Part shown: in pieces, positions 41,501 through 53,400 of the stretch | Layout: every line of letters starts with the position of its first letter | Numbering within the stretch: the first letter of the stretch is position 1 | Assembly: GCF_964355755.1 (NCBI RefSeq) | Contig: NC_092675.1 | Coordinates: 22,230,912 to 22,294,911, forward strand | Direction: 5' to 3' | Length of the DNA: 64,000 nucleotides | DNA from: Antedon mediterranea | Taxonomy: Eukaryota > Animalia > Echinodermata | The notes under the pieces: generated by a model | The model's database searches: none | What the model saw: only the letters and a program-made list of their open reading frames with translations | Told to the model about the DNA's origin: nothing | Made by a program: the position numbers and the translations under genes

Positions 41501-43697
41501 ACCACATAGAGCCTGTAGTGCCTCTTACTTGTAACTGGATTCCGTAATAAACTAACAAAACAAAAACATATTAGTAAAGTGAAAATTAAGAATACTGTAA
41601 CATTACTAAATTTCAAGTAAATTTTTGTAATTTGATGATATATTTCATGATAATTTGTAAATAAATTTCAAGGGTTTGTACATTGCTAACACATTTGTGT
41701 TTATAGTAACTTTGAGTTTATAGGGTGTTGATAGGCAATTACTGCATAGACGATGAGCATGCTAGACACAATTAAAGATTACATTGTCAATTTGCATCTC
41801 CATCCTTATGTTGCCTATCTCGACCCCTAGCTTAGAACTATTAAATCGTGCTTGGTTAGGCATGAAAGATGTTTGAATTACATACCTAAGGCTTGACAAA
41901 GTCTTCACTGAGGCTAGTGGATCTAAATCACCCTGTAAAAAAGAAAGCTTTATTTGTAGTATTTAAAAAAACAACAGAAATTGTTTATCTTAAAATAGCA
42001 ATTGCAGTAAGCCATTACATATCGTGTTAGTAGTAGATTCAATTACTACCAGTCAAATTCAAGAATTTGTTGTAGATGCAGAAAGGTATCACATGATTGG
42101 TTTAAAGTATCCTCTTTGGTACAACACCACACAATTGGAAAGATTGTATACCATATGATCATTTTTGCTTACAGACTTACATTATTTAATGAAATAGGGA
42201 GATGTGACTATAGCTTGCAAATCATTAAAACATTAAACTTACCAACTCCTGCATGTTGTTGTTGGTAAGTATTAAGCTTTCTAATCGTGGAAGGGACTCT
42301 TCTAGATTCTCTCCAATGCGACTGTTAACAAATTAAGCACAGTATTCTTGTTATTATGACTCTAGTACTGTATATTTGGATTGGAAATTAACATTAAACT
42401 ATATTAGAATGCTTGTGTGTTCTTTTTTCTTCTCTTTACATAAAAAAACACTCATTAAAATACATGAAAAACATTTGTCATAGTTCTACCACCTTTAAAG
42501 TAAAGGTGGTTAGTTTCTCATGAATATTACTTTTTTCATAGTGCTCTCTTTTCTCTGTTTGAAACATGTAGGTTAATTATTCTATTATTAGTTTGACTTG
42601 ACTATTAAAAACAAAAACAACCAAATCACCTACCATACTCTGTTGTTGTTTAGCATTATGTGATTAAGTCTCTTCAGCAATGGAAAACCATCAACCTTAC
42701 GAATATCATTATCTGATAAATCTATTGTATCAAACTGGTCCTGGGGAGAAAAAAATGTATATAATATAAGGCTACATTTACACTTGTTTTCCTTATTTAA
42801 TCAAACGTCAGAAAAAATGTATATTGTAACTTAATAGTGTGTGCAATGTAAGCTTGTTTCCCACTAGGATGCAATGCAAGGACATAAGCATCAGAGAAAA
42901 CGAATAGACCAATCAAAAGCAATGAATTATTCGAACTGTCAACTGTGATGGTCAAATTCACTTGTGTTGTTTAGGTAAATTCAATTTACAATATTCAAAT
43001 TTACATTGTCAACTGTAACAATAACATTTTATTGTGTTTCTATTATTATTGAAATCTGGTTTTGCTAATCATTATTATTTAGACTACTGTAAAACATTAA
43101 ATTACCAAAGTCGCTCCAAGATTTTCAATTACCGGGATCTTGTAACCTGAAATACAAAAGTAAAAAAATAATTGGTATAATTATATAAATAGGCCCTAGG
43201 CTCTAGCTAGGCCCAATAATAATGTGTATCAACTCCAGTTTTATTTAGCCTAGTAAGGGCCTAGTCTAGAGGCCTAGTACTACGGTAGCTAGGACTAGGC
43301 CTAGGACCGGTACGTAAGTAGGCCTACTAGGCTAGGCCTAGTCAATTTTCTTTAGAAGTTTTACAAAGATTTTAAAATAATATTATTAGCTTCTAAAAAT
43401 TAAATAAATACAGTACAGGGAATGCCCATTACCATACATTATCTAGATAGTAGTTCTGCCTACTAACCTACTGTAGATCAGGTAGTAGAGCAGTAGTCTA
43501 GACCGGCCAGGATCGGGGGGTAGTATGCCGGTAAATCCAGTATGGTGAGCCTATTGGCGCTCCAGCCTAGGCCTAGTTAGCTAGCTACCACATCTAAAAA
43601 CCTAACATTACTTACCCCGCAAATCAAGTTCACGATCCCGTACTGGATTAATATATTGAGCACATTGCTCTATGAGTTCTGGAGTAAGTTTCACCAT
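38587..43697 (-). CDS. SNRPA1: U2 small nuclear ribonucleoprotein A' (251 aa, 10 exons)
   Basis: Exons 43697-43616, 43146-43106, 42740-42634, 42321-42243, 41932-41886, 41551-41449, 40998-40919, 40729-40657, 39405-39303, 38627-38587. All are GT-AG with matching phases, total 756 nt. Protein: MVKLTPELIEQCAQYINPVRDRELDLRGYKIPVIENLGATLDQFDTIDLSDNDIRKVDGFPLLKRL...LLDFRKIKQKEREAA...AIANAKSLDEVERLKQLLQSGHIPG. Confidence 0.97.
38998..39264. mobile_element. MITE in SNRPA1 intron 9
   Basis: Perfect 27-bp inverted repeat GCTAGCCAACCAAAAAATGCGTTCAAC (39021-39047 and 39227-39253), extending imperfectly outward. Confidence 0.7.
42849..42970. mobile_element. Palindromic MITE, family A (degraded, opposite orientation)
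   Basis: AAGCTTGTTTCCCACTAGGATGCAATGCAAGGAC...GACCAATCA...ATTATTCGAACTGTC matches family A. Confidence 0.6.
43190..43590. other. TAGGCCTA/CTAG-rich island in SNRPA1 intron 1
   Basis: Dense GCCTAG/CTAGGC/TAGGCC/CTAG runs. Confidence 0.8.
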
Positions 43698-43789
43698 ACT
43701 CAGTTGCTTTCAAAATCCCTAAATTGTATTCTTAAAATGGACAACTTTACTTTAATTCCGGTGAGTCGTCGTACAAACGTTCAGGACGC

Positions 43790-43840
43790 GACCGCCATTT
43801 ATAACACATGTTTTTTTTTTACAATTGCGCCCTCTATAAA
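43790..43840 (-). promoter_or_regulatory. Putative SNRPA1 promoter elements (YY1-like AAATGGCGG; CTCF-like TAGAGGGCGC)
   Basis: Motif matches about 95-140 bp upstream of the ATG in a CpG-containing patch; no functional evidence. Confidence 0.35.
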
Positions 43841-45988
43841 ACATTGTCTCGTTAAATTTTATATCAAAGTCTCGCCTATTATCAAAATGATATTCATAAA
43901 CTATTTGCGTTATATTTATACACAATACATGATCTTACACCGGGCATATGAATGTTTAAAAAATTCTTTATAAATTAATTTAACAAATATTTTTTTAAAT
44001 ATGGATATTCTATTCTATCTCTATCTGCTTTGGAATGTGGATTAGAATCGAATAGCAAATGAGACAATCATAATATAAAACCATTAATTTTTTTAATTAA
44101 AAAAAATTGATATTATACATTGAAATTGACGATTTATTACATAAAACCAGGGAAGAGTTAAATTAACTCTTCCTTGATAAAAGAGGTACTGTAATGATAA
44201 AAACAGGTTAGCGAATAATATAATTCAATAGAATAATAAAATTATCAAATCAAATGAAAAATACTACTGTAACTCATAGGCCCTAGGTTGTCGCAAATTC
44301 CCCCTATCAAACTTTTACAGAACGTCTTTTGAAAATGAAGTAAATTGAAAGCTTAATCGTAGTTTATTCATCCACACTTGATCATCATCAATATTGGTTT
44401 GTCATCGTCGCGAATATATCCAGTCTAAAATGTCCTCACCTAGAAAATAGACGAACTCGGTTAAAGCAAATGTTATTTTTAACTTTTATTTCAAAAACAG
44501 TATTAATCATGTAGTTGTAGTACTGTACAGACGGTGTTGTGTTTAAAATGCCATGTGTACAAACAATAATTTACTATACAAATATTTATACCATTTCAAA
44601 TTTAACAGGCCTATCATTCATTAAAAAGCATTTTTATTAATTAAAAACAGTATAAAAATAATTATTGACAAAAGTTTAATATTAATATATATTTAAAATA
44701 ATAAATGCAGCTTGCGTGAACCAATAACAATTACCTTTAATTTGACACTTTCTACATTTTACAAATTCTACAAACATTTTAAATATCAAACCTTACCTAA
44801 CATGATGTTGGTCCATTTCATGCCTATCTTATCTGGATAAACCAACATTGGCCTAATTTCCTTTCACAAGAGCACATCAATTAAAAAACACCCACATCAC
44901 TTAATGGTACAATCCATATTTCCTAAAGCATACGACCATATTAACATACCACCACCATCATCATTTCTGATTAGTGTGTTCAATCATAGTCAATTTACTT
45001 CTATTGACTATGGTTCAATGAATGTTATGTATTTGAATTGTAAGGCTGTTCTCAAAGATAGTTCGGCTAATTTTTGTTGATGATCCAGGTAAAGTTGGCA
45101 TGAAATAAACAATTAAAAAGAGTATATGATGGTAATAAAAAGAATATATATCAACCCTGAGACTATTACAATTAGGTTACAAATTAAATAACAATTAAGG
45201 TATATCCTTATTTTATCTTTTTACTCTTTTCTACTTTTAACCTCTTTCAAGTTATAGCATTGTATAAGATATAATATTATAATAAATTAATAATACGTCT
45301 ATTTATATTTAATTGTAAACTATATTATTCTAAATTTCCCAAGCAATATGTTTGTATATTTGTGTGTAAATTTAATAATATACTTAAATAATAGTATAAT
45401 TACAGCAACCATTTTTAAATGGAATTTTATATTTTTTTAACTTTTTTTATATCAGAATGTAAATTTTGCGCAATTCAGATTTTTCTGCAATGTCACTTGT
45501 TTTTATAAACCAGAATTGAATTGAAGAGTGAAGATAGTCACACAAAAGTCAAGACAAGGATATCCCATATAAAGCTCTGTCTACACTATCAAACTTTATG
45601 TGATACAAAAATGTGATGTGCCCCATATATGGACATGACGATGACATATAACTATCACATTTGGGCATATCACTACCCTATTTTTGGGAACATCACACTT
45701 TTTTTCAAGTTTCAAGTTTGATGTTAAGATATTCAAAACACTAATGTTATTAAACAGAGGTTAAAATATTAAGGAAAAGGAAAGGGTAGACACCTCAGAT
45801 CATTGCATTGCATAAGAAACTTTGGTATATTTTTATTTTGAAATCATGTTTTAAGATTGAAACTATCTTAGTACTGTACAACTTAAATCCAAATTTTGCC
45901 TAGAGGGATGAAGTTGCAAATTTGTATGGTTCTGTGTTGTCTAACAGCAAGTCTGTCGTAACAACACAATTTATATTTGTTAGCGTAA

Positions 45989-48764
45989 TCATTCTTTATA
46001 TTTTTTGCCTTTCTGTTTGTATGACTTAATGTAGAAATTGGAAAAGAGTACCACCATGGAAAAACAATATAAAAACACAGCAATGTTAAAACCAGTTGGA
46101 AATCCACACTCTACTGTCATGTTGTAACCAGTATGAAATAAAAATCCAAAGAATTGAACCTAAAAGAAAGATTTAAATATTACGTTTTATTTTATCGTTA
46201 TAACAGCTATAAATTCATCATTTTTCTCAATAGACCATATTTAGAACTAGGCTTATATAGCTGTATTAAGTACTCAGTCCTCTTATAGGAAGACAAGACA
46301 GGACAGTGACATCCTTTGATTATGATTGTACATGTACTTACCAATTGTAACTGTGTCATGTACCTCTTCCACCACAAGTACTTTTGCATATGTGGTCCAA
46401 TTGCTGACAGCGCATAGTAAGAGTACATAACAACATGTACAAAACTGTTCAACATCCCTATGAAGAAGGCTGCAAATGAAAAACATATCATTATGTTAAT
46501 GCGTTAAGAATTCCTGAAATCTTAAGGTTAAGGTTCCAGTTTTGGGAAAATGGTTAAATACAGTATGCTGTAATTTTCATTTTTAATGTTAACAGTGTAG
46601 AAAATCATATGTAAAGTTTATGGGTATGTTCAGATCTATGGATATTATGCTTTCGTATCGCAAGCAATGTCATATTATAATTAGCGTCGTAACAAAAAAA
46701 TTTTCAGATTTGCCTAACTAACGCTTTCAATTCAAACTGAAGTGTCACCAATTTGGGCGAACATCTGGTATGCAGGAGTAAATTTGATTGGTTAGAGGTC
46801 AAAATCGTTGATGCATGACTTTTGTATCGTAAGCGGCGTTCACTAATCTTTTACCTTGAGCTGTTGTAACGAACGAGGTGGCTTCCACTAATCTTTCCCT
46901 GGTTCAGACCTATGGAGTTGTACGCCGCGTACAGTAAGAAAGCATAACTCCGTAGGTCTGATCAGGCCCTTAGTGACTCCTTTTATTTGGCATTCAAGCT
47001 GCCTCATTCCTTACTTATAGAAAAAGGTGATAGATCTTTACCAAACAAGAATTGTGACAAGACTATTTTAAGAGGGTTAGTTTGGAAATATGAGTTTGTA
47101 AATGATTTGACAATTCTCATATGTGAAAAAATCAGGACTGATAATATCTGTTGAACTTCCCCCTACCTTGACCTCCAGCGACATATTTAACACCAAGCCA
47201 CCAATTGACAACCATTGAGCTGTGGTGATAGACATGTAGAAATGTTACCTGGTTATCCTTTTTACGTAAAATAAAAAAGACAGTGTCTAACAATTCAATG
47301 ACTTTAGAGAAGAAAAACCACCAGCAAACTCGTGTCATCTACAAGAGAAAAAAAAGATGAATTAACTAGGAACTTCTTCATCACTGAAATAGGAATTTAA
47401 CACCCAGGAGAATGAGAATGTACAATAATACAGAGTTCTAAAGTACTATGGAAACCCACGGCAAAATGTAATAATTATGGGCAAATCACCGACATCATGA
47501 ATAGGAGCGGTTCCTGGGTTTTCCCCATAAGAGTTAAAATATAGCATGGTGGTTTCACTTGTTCCTGACGCTCTAAGCAACTACGATACACTGTCAAATC
47601 AGAAAATCATTCTACACATGCTCAGAAGCAGGATGATGGTTTGACGTGATGCGTAAAAAAGTACAATTTTCTATATTTTATAGAATCAACAATTTGACTC
47701 AATCTAAATTTAGCAAGTTGAGAACTTTGACAGCAGCAGGAACTTACCCTCATAGCAAGAGGCGAAGTAGAATAGTCTACAGTCTGGCAACGGTAACTAT
47801 AGTTTCCCAATAAGGAGGTGATTAGAAACTGAAAACGGGAAAATAAAAAACCATGTAAAATAAAAGGCTACTCGATCACAATGACCTTTTGGTCTTTTTC
47901 TTTTCTATACAGTAGTAGATAGTTTAGGGTCAATGGTAAAAAAAGTCACTTTCGATTTTTAAGCAACAAAATGTTTTTAATTGTTTAATTGTTGTTTTTA
48001 TTATTGATTATTTTATTTGTTCATATTCTGGAATTCAGATCATCACTTACCTCTTTAAACATATAAATTGATAAAATCACAAGCATAAAATTGTACACTA
48101 ATAAAGTAGATTTCAGATTATATGGTTCTCTGTTCTTCATGAACTTTGGTCCAAGCCATACAAATAAGAGGTACGTTATAATAAAGGCCATGGCTGGCCA
48201 TGGTGTAGCCATCAAAAGCCAATCCTCTACCCGGTCATCTATAAAACAAAACAACACAGTGATTATTATTGGCTCTTAGTAATTATTTAGTACTGTATGT
48301 TTGAAAAGAAGAAATGTTTATGATTGGAGCAACAATAAAGATGCCGATTCGGTGTTGGGCTGGCAATAGCAATAATTTAACAGAACATGATGAGTGAACT
48401 GAAACAAGCAATCTTTTACGTTCAACTCTGTGTCACGGTGGTCTGATTAACTACTGTCTCCTTCATCTACTTCCCTGAAATGAAAATCATTATTTCAGTC
48501 ACACAACGTATTTACACTACAGTTAGAATTCCTCCTCTGGAACACCTCTATTCAGGTAGCATTAAGTAGACACTTTCACATGACACATAAGACATTTTGC
48601 TGGATCCTAAATGTGTCCAGGAGTTCTACTGTATATTATTCCATATTGTGTCAAGATTGATTTGTACAAGACGGTATTTTAATTGCAATTTAGTATACAT
48701 ACATACCTGCTACATCTTCTATCCAGTCATAGAATTCTGTTATCCTTCTCACTGCCACTGCCAT
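45989..48764 (-). CDS. elovl8: Very-long-chain fatty acid elongase, Elovl8/Elovl4-like (265 aa, 6 coding exons)
   Basis: Exons 48764-48707 ([19 protein letters not shown]), 48238-48051, 47828-47748, 47338-47167, 46469-46342, 46159-45989; 798 nt in frame. Motifs: [47 protein letters not shown] and HTGYN..ECGFP resemble Elovl8; the subfamily call needs a tree. Confidence 0.93.
46629..46961. mobile_element. MITE in elongase intron
   Basis: TCAGATCTATGGATATTATGCTTTC ... GAAAGCATAACTCCGTAGGTCTGA imperfect TIRs, with an extra internal partial TIR copy at about 46903. Confidence 0.6.
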
Positions 48765-49716
48765 TATGTTCTTAGAATTAAAATAAAGTGTTCAAAATAC
48801 TTTAATAGGGCATAAAAAAATCTGTAATATAGAGTACTGTATTGTACTGTACTGTTCTCAGAATAGCTACTGTAGTGAACTATTGGTTATTGGAAAAAAA
48901 AGTGGTGTGTGTAGACATTAATCTATTGCATAAAAGAGGATAACAACTTTGTATCCACTACAATGGATCTTAAAATGCCTGAGCATTGGCTTAAAGTGGA
49001 TTTACACTAGAGCTTTTGTCAAATACTACAATACAAGTAGTTGGATTTCCATGCATGATGCACTCAAATGATGAAACTAATTGTATCAACAATGATAATA
49101 GTATAATATATATAAAAATAAACAAATATGACATTCAGCATTTTGTTGTTGTTTCAAAGTGTATGCTAATATTATTTTGGAAATATGAGTGTTAATGTAC
49201 AATTAAAAACACAAATGATTACAACATTTCTATGGTTAGCATATGAACGGAGATAAGAATTATTAAAAGGTTTCAATATTAATAATTATTTGAATAAATG
49301 ATACTGTATAAAGTTTGAGGTTCTTATGTGGCGATCTAAAGATCCAAGGCATTGACCTGTCAGGTCTAGAATTATACAGTATGTACTCGACATACCCATG
49401 AGTAACTTTTATGATGAGGATCACTACCAACTAAGTCTGAATATATGGACCAGGACCATTTAAGTTCGCTGAACAAAAGGCCTGTCACTCAGCATCAGGT
49501 CCGTCATGCAGCGTGCCGGTTGGTTTTTTAATTGGGTTACACCTGGTCAAATGATAATTGGACCTTGTTTTTTTTAGCTGCTGTGGTGTGTGGTCCATTG
49601 TTGTGGTTCCTTGATTGGGGTTTGCTGTAGTTCTTTGGTGTTCATGGGCGTGGTGGCTAGCTGTGGTTCATTGGATATTGGGATATTTATTTCGATTTGT
49701 CGGACCCACTCCCCAA

Positions 49717-49863
49717 CGCTAGTTCCGTTTCGCACCTGTCATTTATTTCGACTCAAAATTTGTTTAGTAACTTTATCGTGATTACTACACCTTAATAGGA
49801 TTAGGCCTCAAAAATACTTTTACGAAGGAGATCACAAAAATCAGGTGTGAAACGGAACTAGCG
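49717..49863. mobile_element. ~147-bp MITE between the two elongases
   Basis: 22-bp TIR CGCTAGTTCCGTTTCGCACCTG / CAGGTGTGAAACGGAACTAGCG; CCCACTCCCC direct repeat on both flanks. Confidence 0.75.
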
Positions 49864-50104
49864 CCCACTCCCCTGCCACCAGAGCTGAATGCAACAGTTG
49901 TATAGACCCAGCTGAGGGTCTATCCTAGGCTAGCTATGTCAAACCAAACTCAGTCCACTATCTAAAAAAATGCCTACCTCTACAACAACTCAACAACAAA
50001 AAGGGAGAAGGCCTGACTCAGACTGCCTGGCTGAGTGAGGGGGAGACCTTCAGTGATATTTAATCGATTTCTAAGAAAAGGAAATGTACTAAAATGTTCA
50101 ATAC

Positions 50105-50419
50105 CTTCTAAAAGTATTCTTACTGAACATTTACTGGAATAAAAATTAAAGAAATGTAAAAATTAAGGAATACCAGGATGCCGATAGATCAAGAGACACA
50201 TCCACATATAAAAACCGTCGCAAAAGGTCACGTCCAGGTCTCTTCTGTTCCTCTGTGCGTTCATGCATGACAAGTTGACCTTTAGAAAAAAAGTTTCCAC
50301 TACCACCACGTTTTCTCCCTCTCTGTGACGACGGCCAAAACCACCACCACCACCACCACAAAAACCAAACCCGCGCCGCCGCACACTCTGTGGAATAAGC
50401 GGAGAAAGTAGGCCCAATC
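50105..50419. promoter_or_regulatory. Putative bidirectional promoter of the two elongases
   Basis: CpG/GC-enriched patch (CCCGCGCCGCCG) between divergent genes. A candidate minus-strand 5'-UTR exon donor AG|GTATTG lies at 50105 and an acceptor near 48771. Confidence 0.5.
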
Positions 50420-53400
50420 ATGACTTCTCTTTTACAGTGGTGGGATAACGTAATTACTGAATATGCAGGTGAATTTGAGTAATTTTTTATTAGGCCTAGG
50501 CCTAGGCCTACTAGTAACTAGGCCTAGGCTAGGCCTACTACTACTAGTACTAGGCTAGCCTAGGCCTAGTTCTCGACTCCCGGCCTCCTGCTACTACTAA
50601 GTACTAGCCTATACAATATGCGAAGTGGTAGTAGTACTCTATCTAGAGCCTAGACTCTGACTAGGCCTAGCCTATATGCTATTAGGCCTAGGCCTACTAC
50701 TAATATTCAAACTAAGCAGGTCCAAACCGTGTGAAAGGTGCTGCTATACTTTGAATACTGATCTCAAAACCACACCCCTTTTGCCATTTGGTGGGTAGGC
50801 ATGACAACAAACAAATTCAAACTCAAAGTAAAATTTTTGAAACATAAATTTTGTATTTGTATATAATATTAATAATAGGCTAGGCCTAGTTTTCCTACAC
50901 AGAATGTTTTGGCCTTTTTTTCATTGACATTTTACTAATTTCCTTTTAATATTAATGTAACTATTTTTTGAGTTTCAGTGAAGGTTTCTTAAACAAATTT
51001 TACAAAAAATATTATATGCACATGCATATAAAAGAAGATGTATCAACTTCTTTTTGAGTTTGTCGCCCCACAACACCCAACAGCCAAATATGTAGTACAG
51101 ATAAATACGGTTTTATTTAATTTTCAAGGATTACCAATAGTAAATAAATAAATAATAAACTGTCCTATCAATAGATACCTGTAGGTGGTAATCCACTTTT
51201 TTTGTGAACCAGTTCTTTGTGGTATCTCCCTTCCCGCCTCTTGGTTCTTAAAAGTTCGCTTGGGCAAACTGTGTACACTGGACCTACGTTTTATAGTTCT
51301 TATCCAAAAAGACTTGTTTCACAACCAGAACTAGAAAGGAGCAAGTCAGCCTCAAACCAATGCCGATATTGTTGGCTTTTTATGTATGGTAAATGGGGCC
51401 CCTGTATTAAACGCTCGGTCATTTGTCTCAATGTATTAAAGTTTGTTAAATAGTAATCTGCATGCTGATAATTTTTTACTACAGATCCTAGGGTTAGTGA
51501 CTGGTCTTTAATGAGTAGTCCAATACCAGGCACTATTATGGTGATCATCTACTTGTTTGTTGTTTGGATTGGGCCAATTCAGATGGCCAGCAGAAAACCT
51601 TACCTTTTAAAGAATGTTCTGTTGGTGTATAACATGGCAATGGTTGGCTTGTCTGGCTATCTTCTATATAAGGTTAGTTCATAATGTGCGTGCTCTTCAT
51701 TTCTTATTTATTTAAAACTTTTCACTCACGTTTTGTGGAAAAATCCCAGCACAAATTGTATTAATTATATTATTGTTTAATGGATGATTTTAAAATTTCA
51801 GTTTTTAATGTCTGGTTGGTTGACGGGATACACTTTAGGATGCCAACCTGTAGATTACTCCAATACTCCAAAAGCTTTAAGGGTAAGTAAGTTATACTAA
51901 ATGCATAATTTCAGAAACTTTAAGCCTACACAAGATTGATTAAATAAATTATTATTATATAAAGTATTTATTTTTGTACTCACATTATATTATAATTGTT
52001 GGTTTTTATTTTTCTAAATTAAATTATATCTTTCAGATGGCAAGGTGTTGCTGGTTGTTTTATGTTTCCAAATATATAGAAATGCTTGATACAGTGAGTG
52101 TGTGCTAATTTTAGTCCATTTTTATATTTTTAAAATATCTTTCTGTATCTCCACATACAGTATAATGTAAATCATGTTGTATAATGTAATATAAATAACA
52201 CATAATAGTTAAATGGCAAAGAGAGGTCAGATTAAAATATTCATTCCTTTAAGTTATTCCATAGCAAAGTTTCAGAGACAAGTGATTTTATTACAAGTTT
52301 GTAAATTTTATCCATTGATTCCTTTTATTTTTAAACGTTGTTTCAGATATTCTTTATCCTAAGAAAGAAGAATAACCAGGTGTCATTTCTGCATGTATTC
52401 CATCACGCTATCATGCCATTTAGCTGGTGGTTTGGTGTTAAATTTGTTGCAGGTTGGTTTAAAACTAGGAATATCGATTACTTAAATAATTGATTTCTTT
52501 ATTTCTATTCTTTTCGCACTTTTAGTACTCAGTGGCACATAAAAAATTGTTTGTTTGTTATATAACTTTTGGCAGTTTTTTCCATAACTTATCAGTAAAT
52601 GACACTTAAATGTGACGTGAACATTCTTGCCTTATTCACCTATTCAAAATGGTCCATGGTTATAACAATTTAAATCCAAATGATTACTTTTTATTTAATA
52701 AGGAACATAGAACACGAGGCCATAACCTCAGTAATATCGGACTAGCATGTGATAGGCATGGGTTCGAGGTTATCTGTACCATACTAATTGCATCCTTAGG
52801 CAAGATGCTTTACTCTCATTGCCTAATCTGGTAGGCGCTGCACTGCTGGCTGCCGTGGGTCCGTGGAGGGCCTAATCCGAATTTCCTCACTGAGGACAAA
52901 TATTAATACAAAATACAAATACAAAATTCTTAAGCAACATACTAGGACAATGCACAGTTTTTTTCATATTTCATTGTCGAAAAATGGAACAATTTACTGC
53001 CTGTTGCAGTAAATTCAATTAATGAGTTTAAAACACAACTAGAAAGAGAGCCCAACAAACAATAAGAAGAGTTGATGGTCAAAAAAGTGAAAGTATAAGA
53101 AGACTCTAACAACAATGAAATTGGTACACAAATGATTACCATTGTTCCAAACAATTGTTCCAATAACAAGGCTAGTAAACGATTCTAGTAGATTACAAAC
53201 TTGACCATTTTTTTTATTTACACATCCGCCACAGTATTTTACAAGCAGTGAAGGTTTTACTTTCACCTCCAACTAATTTGAAATTAAGTTCATATTGCTG
53301 TGAATGCAAATGATTATCTTTTACCTAAATGTACAAACAATTTGATCAAGAACTCTATTAAATACCAAGGAGCTAAATTACGGAATTCAATCCATGTAGA

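Noticed and set aside
49396-49460. Alternative first coding exon (ATG G|GTATGT) for the minus-strand elongase
   Set aside because: Exon 48764-48707 supplies a typical ELOVL N-terminus with the right phase; this site would at most be a UTR exon.
50146-50421. ORFs with poly-Trp or poly-Gly
   Set aside because: Caused by a (CCA)n tract in the elongase promoter/5' UTR region.
51300-51548. Minus-strand 82-aa ORF
   Set aside because: Antisense to an elovl7 exon and intron; no independent support.
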